From: Selaginella moellendorffii | Taxonomy: Eukaryota; Plantae; Lycopodiophyta | Assembly (NCBI RefSeq): GCF_000143415.4 | Contig: NW_003314401.1 | Span: 1-64,000 of the forward strand | Direction of reading: 5' to 3' | Length of the DNA stretch: 64,000 nt | Shown here: piece by piece, positions 47,975-57,637 of the stretch | Position numbering within the stretch: position 1 is the first letter of the stretch | Layout: the number at the start of each line of letters is the position of its first letter | The notes under the pieces: model-generated | The model's input: only the letters and a program-made list of their open reading frames with translations | Database searches by the model: none | What the model was told of the DNA's origin: nothing | Program-made: the position numbers and the translations under genes

Positions 47975-49839
47975 TTAGTAGACTTCGACGTTCCACTGCT
48001 CGCCTTTCTTGAGCTGCTTCTTATACTCCGCCCAGTCGATCCCTGTGGTCACGAATTTTGAGAGCTAGAAATGTATGAATGAAATCTCAATCGTTACCTT
48101 CTTTGGCTGCGAGGCTGGTCATGATATCGTCGATTCCTTTCTCCATTCCTTTCAAGCCGCACATATAGACGTAGGTGTTGTCCTTCTTGAGGAGGTCCCA
48201 AAGCTGCTCGGCATACTCGGCCATTCGCGTCTGGATGTACATCTTCTCGCCCTTGGCGTTTGTTTGCTCGCGGCTCACTGCGAAGTCGAGGTTGAAATTG
48301 TTTGGGAACTTTTCTTTCATCTTCTCGAATTCCTGAGAGATTGAAAAACATGGCAAGTTTATGCATAGATAGCACGAAAGCTTAAAGCCGCACCTCTTTG
48401 TACAGTAGTGAGCTGCTAGTTGGAACTCCCAAGAACAACCAGGCTAGCCCGTTAAACTGCCAAAGCCAACATTCTTGTTTACTTTTAAGAAGAGACCTTT
48501 TATGTAGAGAACTCACCTTATAGTCGTCGTGTTTCTCAAAAAACATCCGCCACAAAAAGCCTCTGAAGGGTGCGATACCAGTACCAGTACCAAGCTGATG
48601 AAAAAAAAAAAAGCAATAGGAGTGTCAGACGTGAAATCCTCGGAAATGGATTTGTTGTACCATAATAATTGTGGCGTTTGGATCGACTGGCATGAGCATC
48701 TCCTTCCCAACAGGTCCAGTTATGCTGACTTCATCTCCTGGCTTGAGATCGCCTGCAAAACTTGTTTGGTTGATGTCAACTGTCGTTGGAAGGAGAGCTT
48801 TGCTTACAGAGAAAGTTGGAACACACGCCCTTGACTTCCTCTCCCTTGTCATTCACGTACACGAGGCGCTTCACGCACAAAGACACCTGGGAGGAAGATA
48901 AGACTGAAGCTCGATGAGAACTCGTTGAATTTCCAAGCAAGAAAAAGAGAGGAAACTTACAGTCTTGTAATCGCCAAAGTCCCCTGGAGCACTGCTAGCA
49001 ATGGAGTAAAGTCGAAGTTTCTGAGGTTTTCCCTTGGCATCCAATCCGGGCGGGACAATTCCAATGGACTGGCCTTCTCGGTATGGAACTTTTCCTGGAG
49101 ATAAGCCAAGTGTTATAAGTGATCGAATCCACAAAGGAGTTGATTTTTCACATGAAACGCACGTACCTTCGGTCGTAAAAACCATATGCCAAGTCTCTCC
49201 AGGAGCATCATCTCCCACAATTTTGGTGTTGAGGAGGCATCGCCCGACGTAAGGTTCCTTCGGCCTAAACAAGTTGGTGACAACTCCTTCCTCGTTTTTC
49301 TTCTTCACTTTCTCCACAGTTTCAGTGGACACTGCCGCTGCTCTCACGGAAAAGTTCCAAGTCGAAGGAGATGGCCTGTGGCTGTACGTTAGATCCGACG
49401 ATGAGATCTTCCCTCCAAAGAAGGACTGCAAAGGAGGAAGGGCGTAAAATAAAAGAAAAGAATCGATCGACACGGCAAGAATGAGACAATGCAGCTGAGC
49501 TTTCGATGCAGATGGCGTCACAAGTAGAAAACGACGGGATCGCACTGCAAGGCAAGCATTCAAATCGCGAGCGCGAGAATTCATGGCAAAATATTTCTTC
49601 ACTCGTTCCAACAGGCACGGATTCTCAGCACCGCAATGCAGCGCAGCAGCAGTATCTATGGATCCTCGGGAGAAGCAAGCCAGAGCAATCTCTCTCTGCC
49701 AGGAATCGAATCAAATTTCCCTCACCTTGCTCGCGCCAGGAAATCCGACTCGATCGCTCCGCTCCGCCACCGGTGGCAACTGCCCTAGGGAATGTGATGA
49801 ATGAATCGCCGCTACCGATGCCGCCGCCAGGGCCGCCAT
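47975..49839 (-). CDS. PETH: Ferredoxin-NADP+ reductase, leaf type, multi-exon
   Basis: Transit peptide from ATG 49839. Motifs [61 protein letters not shown] and WNVEVY*. Confidence 0.95.
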
Positions 49840-50484
49840 AGCTGCCGATCGAGGGAGAAGCTGTGCCTAGCCACACAAACGATAACTCTTTACAATCACA
49901 CCGGATATTCACGAGAACATTTCGATTGGACAAGGCGTGAATATTCCCGGCGCTCTGTGGCCAGAATGTAGCGCATCGCAGCCGTCCATCCCGTGGGCGA
50001 TTATGCCCATCTTCCGGGCCGGAATACGGCGAGATCTACATCGCGGATCTTGTCAGTGGGACAGTGACGCGCAACTTGCTACGTAAGAGCTTTGGTCGTA
50101 GAGACGTTAAAAGTGATGAGAGCTATGTGGGCAGCAAAAACGAAGAACATTGTCTTAAACACTTCCATTTTCTTGGAACTTTTGGGGGAGAGATTTTTTT
50201 CCTATTCATCAATCAAGGCAAAAATGGGACAATGGATTACAAGGCGTTGGGAGGAAGGACTCCACAGCTCTCCACAGCTCGAGCCTTCCACAAAAACGTC
50301 GATTAAATCCCTCGCAAAGAGACTTGATAGTAGTGAGTGAGTAGCAGCAGCAGCAATCAACCAAACGAAGAAACAACCAGAAGGAAACCAGAGAGAAAAA
50401 CTAAGAAGCAGCGATGATGATCACGATCGACGAGTGCTGCCACTGCAAACGATGATCATTCATCCAAACGCCCGCGCCGGATCA

Positions 50485-51054
50485 TCACTGGGGAGCATTG
50501 GGGCAGTCCTTGGCTATGTGGCCCGACTGCTGGCAATTGTAGCAGTTCCTTCCACCGCCGCCGCCGCCTCTTCCACCGCCACCGCCGCCGCCAGAGGGAC
50601 AATCGCGCGAGATATGGCCGCTCTGGCCGCACTTGAAGCATCCATCGCCTCGACCGCCACCACTGCGGCCACCACCACCGCCAAATCTTCCTCCGCCGCC
50701 GCGGCCAGAGTCCGCGCCCCTTCCTCCGCCAAAGCCGCCGCCGCCACCACCGACAAAGCCACCGCCGCCGCCACCGCCGCTGCCAAAGCCACCGGCGTCG
50801 CGCCTAGACGCGCCCTGGACGAAGGAGCCCTCGGGGCCAGTGACATCGAGCGCCTTCGTGCGCCCATCCTCGCTGCGATCGATGGTGAACTCTACCGCCT
50901 CGCCGTCCTTGAGTGAGCGGAAGCCATCGGCGTGGATGGACGACTGGTGGACGAAGAGATCCTCGCCGCCATCGTCGGGAGTGATGAAGCCGAAGCCCTT
51001 GGCGCTGTTGAACCACTTGACCTTGCCACTCTTCTTCTCCGTCGCGTCCGACAT
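50485..51054 (-). CDS. CSP: Cold-shock domain protein with Gly-rich linker and two CCHC knuckles
   Basis: [43 protein letters not shown] and [14 protein letters not shown]. Confidence 0.96.
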   Translation of the reverse strand: MSDATEKKSGKVKWFNSAKGFGFITPDDGGEDLFVHQSSIHADGFRSLKDGEAVEFTIDRSEDGRTKALDVTGPEGSFVQGASRRDAGGFGSGGGGGGGFVGGGGGGFGGGRGADSGRGGGGRFGGGGGRSGGGRGDGCFKCGQSGHISRDCPSGGGGGGGRGGGGGGRNCYNCQQSGHIAKDCPNAPQ

Positions 51055-51136
51055 CGCTTCCTCTCTCACGCTAGGAATCGAGCGCTCTTGGGAAAGAGAG
51101 TGCGAACAGAGAAATCTACGCGCCTCGCGCGAGGTA

Positions 51137-51145
51137 AAACCCTAA
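51137..51145. promoter_or_regulatory. Telo-box
   Basis: AAACCCTAA in the CSP/PPR divergent promoter. Confidence 0.5.
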
Positions 51146-51342
51146 CACTCGCTAGAACCCTAACCCAGCCGCCAATCACAACCGACCTAATCTTCTGACC
51201 GGATTTTATCGCCGCCGTCAAAATCTACAGCCTGTCTTTGACGGCGAGCTGCCGCCGTCGGATAGAGTCAATGCCCTGGACAGTCAACGCAACGGTCGTG
51301 TTTGACTTCCAAGAACCCTAGAAATTGAAAGGGCATCTATAG

Positions 51343-53103
51343 ATGCGATGGGTTCGAATTGCGCGCGCTGGCCGCCCCCGCCCGGCAAAGGGATCGATCA
51401 GGCGCATCTCACTCCTCGCGGAGCACAGGCCACCGATCGCGGCAGTCCGCGCGAAGCTAGCGGGCGTGATCGACTACCTCAGAGACGAGAGGAATTGCGT
51501 CGACTTCGACGCGATCAAGAGCGCGCTCGTCCTGTGCAGCGATTGCAAATCCCTGCCCGATGGCCGCTTCGTGCACTCCCGGATCGTGGCGCTCAAGCTC
51601 GAGGGCGAGCGCAGCCTCTCCTCCTTCCTCATCTTCATGTACGCCAAGTGTGGCGATCCCGACGCGGCGCTGGCCGTCTTCGCCAAGATCAAGGAGCTCA
51701 ACCAGGCCTGCTGGAATGGGCTTCTCACGGCTTTCATCCTCAATGGCCGATCCAAGCAGGCGATCCATCTCTTCCGCGTGATGCAGCTCGAGGGAACCGC
51801 GCCCAATCGATCCACCTTCGTCACGACCTTCAATGCGTGCACTCGAATCGGCTCCATCGCCACTGCCAAGGGCATCTACGCCACGATCGCCCACCTCGCA
51901 GCGGTGTGTAGCGCCGATCTCCACAACGCGCTGCTCAACACCTACTGCAAGCTTGGATCTCTCGCCGACGCCATCGCCCTTTTCGCCGAGATCGTGGAGA
52001 AGAACGTTGTGTCGTGGACACTGCTCGTCTCGGCATTTGCCCAGCACGGGCATTTGGATCTCGCGATCGTTTCGCTCCAGCGGATGCACCACGAAGGGAT
52101 CCAGCCCAACCGGATCACCTTCCTGGCTGTTCTTGACGCTTGCATCGGCGAGAGGGAGCTCGTTATCGGTAGAACGATCCACCGGAGCTTGATCGACGCT
52201 GCGATGGACAAGGAGGTCTCGGTGGCGACGTGCCTTGTGGACATGTACACGAAGTGTGGGAGCCTGGACGAAGCTAGAGCGGTGTTTGATGGCATGGGCG
52301 CCATCGCCGACGTGATCACTTGGACTGCGATGATCTCGGCCTACGTCAAGAGCGATCAAGCACGAGAAGCGCTGCGGCTCTTCCGGATGATGCAACTGGA
52401 TGGAGTGAAGCCCAACTGCGTCACCTGTTTGATCTGTCTCAACGCCTGCGCCAGCCTCACGGATCTCCGAGAGGGGCGATTCATCCACGAGAAGATCACG
52501 CAGAGTGGATTCCAGGAGATCAATCTCAACGTTGGAAACGCGCTCGTCGACATGTATGGCACCTGTGGGAACCTCGCGGTTGCCAAGTCGGTGTTTGATC
52601 AGATGCTCGAGAAGGACAAGGCGACTTGGAACTCGCTCATCGGATCTTTCTCGCAGTTTAGCGAGAGCTCGTCGACGCTGGAGCTCTTCTTCGCCATGCA
52701 GCTCGAGGGTGTCTACCCCGACGCGATAACTTTCGTGGGAGTTCTCTTCGCTTGCAACTCCGCCGGGATGCTGGCTGACGGACACCAGTTCTACGTCTCC
52801 ATGCTCCTCGACTTTGGCATCGAGTGTCGGTTCCAGCACTGTGGATGCATCCTCGATCTGCTGGCCAGAGTTGGATGGCTCGACTTCGCCGAGGAGTACG
52901 TGAGGACGATGCCGTTTTATCCCGATGACAAGAAGTGGATGACGCTGCTCGGCTCGTGTAAGATCCATGGCGACATCCACCGCGCCGAGAGAGCGGCACA
53001 AGGATCGATAGAGCTCACTCCGGGCGACTCGTCGCCATACGTTGTCCTGTGCAACGTTTACGTGAGCGAAGAACTTGACGAGATGGCTGCTGCTGCTGGC
53101 TGA
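51343..53103 (+). CDS. PLS-class PPR protein (E-type end, no DYW), 586 aa
   Basis: Intronless ORF with PLS triplets and C-terminal WMTLLGSCKIHGD...SSPYVVLCNVY. Confidence 0.93.
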   Translation: MRWVRIARAGRPRPAKGSIRRISLLAEHRPPIAAVRAKLAGVIDYLRDERNCVDFDAIKSALVLCSDCKSLPDGRFVHSRIVALKLEGERSLSSFLIFMYAKCGDPDAALAVFAKIKELNQACWNGLLTAFILNGRSKQAIHLFRVMQLEGTAPNRSTFVTTFNACTRIGSIATAKGIYATIAHLAAVCSADLHNALLNTYCKLGSLADAIALFAEIVEKNVVSWTLLVSAFAQHGHLDLAIVSLQRMHHEGIQPNRITFLAVLDACIGERELVIGRTIHRSLIDAAMDKEVSVATCLVDMYTKCGSLDEARAVFDGMGAIADVITWTAMISAYVKSDQAREALRLFRMMQLDGVKPNCVTCLICLNACASLTDLREGRFIHEKITQSGFQEINLNVGNALVDMYGTCGNLAVAKSVFDQMLEKDKATWNSLIGSFSQFSESSSTLELFFAMQLEGVYPDAITFVGVLFACNSAGMLADGHQFYVSMLLDFGIECRFQHCGCILDLLARVGWLDFAEEYVRTMPFYPDDKKWMTLLGSCKIHGDIHRAERAAQGSIELTPGDSSPYVVLCNVYVSEELDEMAAAAG

Positions 53104-53167
53104 GGAGCTACTATCAAAGTTTCGAAGTTCCTCCACCTCCATTCTTCGTCCTTCCTTGGTTCGATGA

Positions 53168-55618
53168 TCAAGGAGGAAGGGAGTGGAGATTGGAGAGCAG
53201 CAAGTACGTTGCCGGATTGTACGAGTTCATCCTCTCGGCAACCCGAGCTGCTCGATCGCGATCGACGTAGCTACGACATGCCCCGAGGAGCGAAGTCCAC
53301 GCGACTTCATTCGGCTCGTAAGGCATGTTGAAGATGAGATCCTCGGCAAGTTCCAGCTGACCCGTGCGTGCCAGGATATCAATCACGCACACGTAGAAAT
53401 CCAGCGGGGGAGTGACACCAAAGTCAGGCTCTAGCGACTGCAGGAACTCGTACCACACCACCCCGGCATGGCTCCACGCCGAGAGAATGCCAACGTAAGT
53501 TATCCTGTCCGGCTCCACTCCCTCGACGAGCAGCAGCTGGAACAAATCCATGGCTTGATCTGTATGCCCGTTCTGGGCATAGACGCACAGCATCGTGTTC
53601 CACAGCGCCAAGCACTTGTCCGGGAAATCATCAAACATCTCCCTCGCAGCGTCAAGGTGGCCACACTTTCCATACATGTTGACGAGCGAAGTTTGCAGGA
53701 GAACATCGCCCTCGAGCAGCCGTGAATCGTCCCTCACGCAGCTGTGAACCATCTTGCTATCGGCCAGAGACGCGAGAGTGGAGCAGGCATCGATGAGCAC
53801 CATGAAAGTCACGGCGTTGGGCTCGACTCCATCGGAATCCATCACCGGCAGGAGCTTGAGAGCCGTGACGCTGTAGCCATTCATGGCGTAGGCAGTGATC
53901 AGGGCGTTCCAGCAGATCACGTCCCTCTCCGGCGCTTGATCAAACGTCTCCTTTGCTCGATCGATGTAGCCGAGATGGGCATACCCGGAGATGATCCCCG
54001 TCCAAGACACCAAGTTCCTGGCGGGCATTCGATCGAAGCTCCTGCTCGCCTCGTCCAAAAGCCCGCAACAGACATAGCCCTGGAGGAGAGAGTTCCAAGC
54101 CACGACCGTACGGCACGGCATGGCACGGAAGGTGGAGTGGGCGTCCCGTACGCTGCCGAGCTGGCAGTGCCCCGTCACCAGCACCGTCCACGTCACCACG
54201 TCGCGAGCTGCGAGGCGCTCGAATGCTTCCAGCGCTCGGTCGAGGCGATCGTTGTGGACGAAGTTCGCGATGATCGAGTTCCAGGAGACGACGTTGCGCT
54301 GGGGGAGATGGAGGAAGAGGGACTCGGCGATTTGGAGCTGGGCAGTGGCGGCGGCGATCATCGCGTTCCAGGAGGCGGTGCTGTGGCGGGGCATTCGATC
54401 GAAGACGGCGGCCGCGCTGTGGAGATCGCCGCCGTGGGAGTGCGCCTGGATCAAGACGTTCCACGCGATGAGATTGCGCTGGGGCATGGCATGGAATCGG
54501 CGCGTGGCCTCGCCCAGGAGCCCGGCCTGGGCGTAGATCGTGACGAGCGCCGACCAGGACACCAGGCCGCGGTGGGGCGATCGATCGAATACCAGCTGCG
54601 CCGCGTCGATGTTGCCGGATTCGACGTGTGCCTGGAGCATCGAGCTCCAGGAGATTGAATCGTGCTGCGGCATTCGATCGAAGAAAAGCTCTGCCTGGAG
54701 GGAATCGCCGCGCTGGGCACTGGCCGAGACCATTGCGTTCCAAGAGACGATGTCGCGGTGGGGCATTTTCTGGAAGAACTGGTGGAGATCGCGATTGTCC
54801 TCGCCGAAATCCGCGAGGCCCTGGATGATCACGTTGGAGGCAAAGACGTCCCACTGCGGCATCTTGGAGAATATCTGCGATGCCTGTAGAAGATGCCCAT
54901 TCTCGGCAAATGCGGTGATCGCAGCGCCCCAAGAAACTGGATTGCGGCATGGAAGATCATCGAACAGGAGCTTGGATTCCTGGGGATGGCCGCTCTTGGA
55001 GAATGCTGTGATCATCGAGTTCCAAGATATGGCGCTGTGCTGTGGCATCTTGGCAAACGCTTGCTCGGCGAATTCCAGTTGCCCATTGAGTGCCTGTTCT
55101 TGGACCACCACATTCCAGGAAACGATCCCGCGCTCCGGCATGGAATCGAAGAAGCACATCACTCGATCGAGATCGCCATGGCCACCTAGCGCCGTGAGCA
55201 TCGTCGTCCAGGAGAAGAGATCCGGCTCGGGGATTTCATCGAACAGGAGCGCCGCGCCGTGCAAATCCCTGGAATCCACAACCGCCGCCAAGAGCGTGTT
55301 CCAGCTCGCGATGCTGCGCTGCGGGATGTGATCGAAGACCCGCCGCGCTCGATCGAGGGATGGATCGGTGCGAGCGAGAGAAGCCAGCGCCATATTCCAG
55401 GAGAAGACATTCTTGCCGATGGCGATCGCATCGAAGGCCTGGAGCGATTCATCCGGGCATCCGCAGCTGCCATACAATCGGACGAGCAGATTTCCAAACA
55501 GCGCATCGCGATCGAGGCCGAGATCGGCGAGCCGCGCGTGGAGCTGCCGACCTTCGAGTAGCGTTCTTCCAAGAACACACTGACGCAGGAGAGCTAGCCA
55601 CGTGTCATAATTTGGCAT
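53168..55618 (-). CDS. PLS-class PPR protein rich in short (S/SS) repeats, 816 aa
   Basis: Long run of ~31-aa FDxMPxRxxxSWNx repeats and an E-type end. Confidence 0.93.
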   Translation of the reverse strand: MPNYDTWLALLRQCVLGRTLLEGRQLHARLADLGLDRDALFGNLLVRLYGSCGCPDESLQAFDAIAIGKNVFSWNMALASLARTDPSLDRARRVFDHIPQRSIASWNTLLAAVVDSRDLHGAALLFDEIPEPDLFSWTTMLTALGGHGDLDRVMCFFDSMPERGIVSWNVVVQEQALNGQLEFAEQAFAKMPQHSAISWNSMITAFSKSGHPQESKLLFDDLPCRNPVSWGAAITAFAENGHLLQASQIFSKMPQWDVFASNVIIQGLADFGEDNRDLHQFFQKMPHRDIVSWNAMVSASAQRGDSLQAELFFDRMPQHDSISWSSMLQAHVESGNIDAAQLVFDRSPHRGLVSWSALVTIYAQAGLLGEATRRFHAMPQRNLIAWNVLIQAHSHGGDLHSAAAVFDRMPRHSTASWNAMIAAATAQLQIAESLFLHLPQRNVVSWNSIIANFVHNDRLDRALEAFERLAARDVVTWTVLVTGHCQLGSVRDAHSTFRAMPCRTVVAWNSLLQGYVCCGLLDEASRSFDRMPARNLVSWTGIISGYAHLGYIDRAKETFDQAPERDVICWNALITAYAMNGYSVTALKLLPVMDSDGVEPNAVTFMVLIDACSTLASLADSKMVHSCVRDDSRLLEGDVLLQTSLVNMYGKCGHLDAAREMFDDFPDKCLALWNTMLCVYAQNGHTDQAMDLFQLLLVEGVEPDRITYVGILSAWSHAGVVWYEFLQSLEPDFGVTPPLDFYVCVIDILARTGQLELAEDLIFNMPYEPNEVAWTSLLGACRSYVDRDRAARVAERMNSYNPATYLLLSNLHSLPP

Positions 55619-55691
55619 CGATAGATTGATCTCAATGCCACGTTGCAGATTTTAATCTTTGTAGTTAGGGTTCCTGGGCTGGGCGGAGAAC

Positions 55692-56703
55692 ATGATCTCC
55701 GTGGCGATGGCGCCGCTGGCTGGCGCTGGAGCTGCCTTGACAGAGCAGCATTCTAGGAATGGGTTCCGGCTAGCGATTCATAGCTCCAGGGGTCGTGGCG
55801 GAGGCGCCAGGGCTTGCCGCTCGAAGCTGATCTTTCCAAGGGCCGGTCTCTGCTACACAAGCACTTGGAGCTCCTGGATTCATCAAAATAAGCTGGATTG
55901 CTCGTTGCTGCTCTCGAGAGGTCGGTCGTCGCTGGAAATCATGAAATATCTGGCATTGATGTTCTTCGCGTCTTTGTAGCTAGATACAGATCCTCCAATC
56001 GGCCCTACAGAGGTGTTGTGAGATCTTCGTTGCTTGGTGTTGGAGCTCCGGAAGTTATCGTCATTGCCGTGGTGGCGCTTCTCGTGTTCGGACCGAAAGG
56101 CCTTGCTGAGGTATGAGTTCTTTCTTTTGGGGATGTTTAGCCCGCTAAGCCGGGAGCAGTGTGTGTAGATTGCCCGGTCGCTGGGACAGTCATTGCGAGC
56201 ATTTCAGCCAACTATACGGGAGCTCCAGGTTCGTATGTGGTGAACGATAGAAAGAAATGTGAGCTCATTGATTTGTAAATTGCAGGAGGTTTCGAAAGAA
56301 TTCAAGCAAACTTTGGAAAAGGAAATTGGTCTGGACGAGCTGAAGAAACCCGCGGAGCGTAAGTTTTTCTGAGACATCGTTTTCTAAGTTGCAATGCTAC
56401 TCTTATTCAACAGCGCCTAAACGAGCACCACCACCGGTTAATGAGAACTTTGTGGTGGACGAACTCACAGCCCAGCTCAATCTTATGCAACAAGAGAAGG
56501 AGAATGCAGACGCGCAAGAGACGAAGCCAGAAGAGGCGAATCCCAGCTCTGTGGTCGTTGCTTCATCGTCGGGAGATGATACGCCTCCCTCTCCAGCTCC
56601 TTCAGAGGTAGAGACGACTCCCTCTCCAGCTCCTTCAGAGGTCCTAGAGACGACGCCAGTGATAGAGAAGGAGGCCGCTGTAAACAACGTTGCAAAGGAC
56701 TGA
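55692..56703 (+). CDS. HCF106: Thylakoid Tat translocase TatB (HCF106), multi-exon
   Basis: SSLLGVGAPEVIVIAVVALLVFGPKGLAE / IARSLGQSLRAFQPTIRELQ / EVSKEFKQTLEKEIGLDE, with an acidic tail and an N-terminal transit peptide. Confidence 0.92.
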
Positions 56704-56881
56704 GAGAAGTCTAGTTACACGGGTGGTAAGGATTCAATTCATTGGGGAATTTCGGACTCATAAGCTAAGTGAGGATCGTTTCGTTTTGCAAAGGCTACAG
56801 TAAAATCATACAGCGAAGAGTAGCGACGACAGATCTCCCAGAACGAACAGCCAGAGGAAGGAAAAAATTACTTTTCCTTCT

Positions 56882-57337
56882 CTAGATGTTATCCTCCTGG
56901 TGGGTCAAGATGACAACGTCGCTGGTTGGCCTCGCAACGCAAGTGAGAACGAATCCATTCCCGATCTGATCGTCGTCCAAGAAGTTCTGGTCCGTTTGAT
57001 CCACGCTGCCGCTGACGACCTTTCCTGCACACGAAGAGCAGGAGCCGGCACGGCAGGAGCTTGGCAAGTCGATGGATTGCTCCTCCGCCTCGTCGAGAAT
57101 GTAGACGTCGTCGGGACACTGGAATGTTTTCTCGCTGCCATCCTCGAGTTTGAGCGTGACTTTGTGCTTGGCCATGGCGACTACTCTAGCTCTGCTGCTG
57201 GACAGACCAAACTTCTTGGCGAGTGAGATCGGTGCCGGGGACAGGGATTTGGTGGAGATCTTGGTGGGCGATGCCGCGACGATTGGTAGACGCACAGCGG
57301 ACGCTGCCGACGACGTTGCGGCGAGAATCGACGCCAT
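56882..57337 (-). CDS. PETF: Plastid [2Fe-2S] ferredoxin
   Basis: Transit peptide plus CRAGSCSSC...LTC cluster ligands and a THQED end. Confidence 0.95.
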   Translation of the reverse strand: MASILAATSSAASAVRLPIVAASPTKISTKSLSPAPISLAKKFGLSSSRARVVAMAKHKVTLKLEDGSEKTFQCPDDVYILDEAEEQSIDLPSSCRAGSCSSCAGKVVSGSVDQTDQNFLDDDQIGNGFVLTCVARPTSDVVILTHQEDNI

Positions 57338-57558
57338 TGGGATCGAAGGAAGCTCGTCGGTGCTACAAAGAGAGAAAGGAGAAAGGAGCCCGAGTTATAG
57401 AGGAGAGAAAGAGCGCACCTTGGTTCTTGAAGATAGAGAGTGACGGGCGGGGACGAGCGTGACGGGTATTGTTGTGGTGGAACTTGTGCTGCGGCCGTCG
57501 CGTGACGGGCCGGTGCGCGCCACACACGGGCTTCTGGCCAATAGCGTCGCTTCGCGGG

Positions 57559-57577
57559 CTTATCTTTCTGCCACGTG
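57559..57577. promoter_or_regulatory. I-box (GATAAG, minus strand) and G-box (CACGTG) upstream of ferredoxin
   Basis: cttatc at 57559-57564 and cacgtg at 57572-57577, a classic light-responsive pair. Confidence 0.45.
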
Positions 57578-57637
57578 GACAGCGTTTCCACCGTTGAATC
57601 AAATGCGCCTCCCAGCCGCACGAATGCTAATCGGGCT

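Noticed and set aside
50633-51145. Proline-rich extensin-like ORF
   Set aside because: It is the antisense of the Gly-rich cold-shock protein.
51457-53142. 561-aa antisense ORF, and similar long shadow ORFs across 53-60 kb
   Set aside because: They are opposite-strand or off-frame shadows of GC-rich PPR coding sequence and show no motifs.
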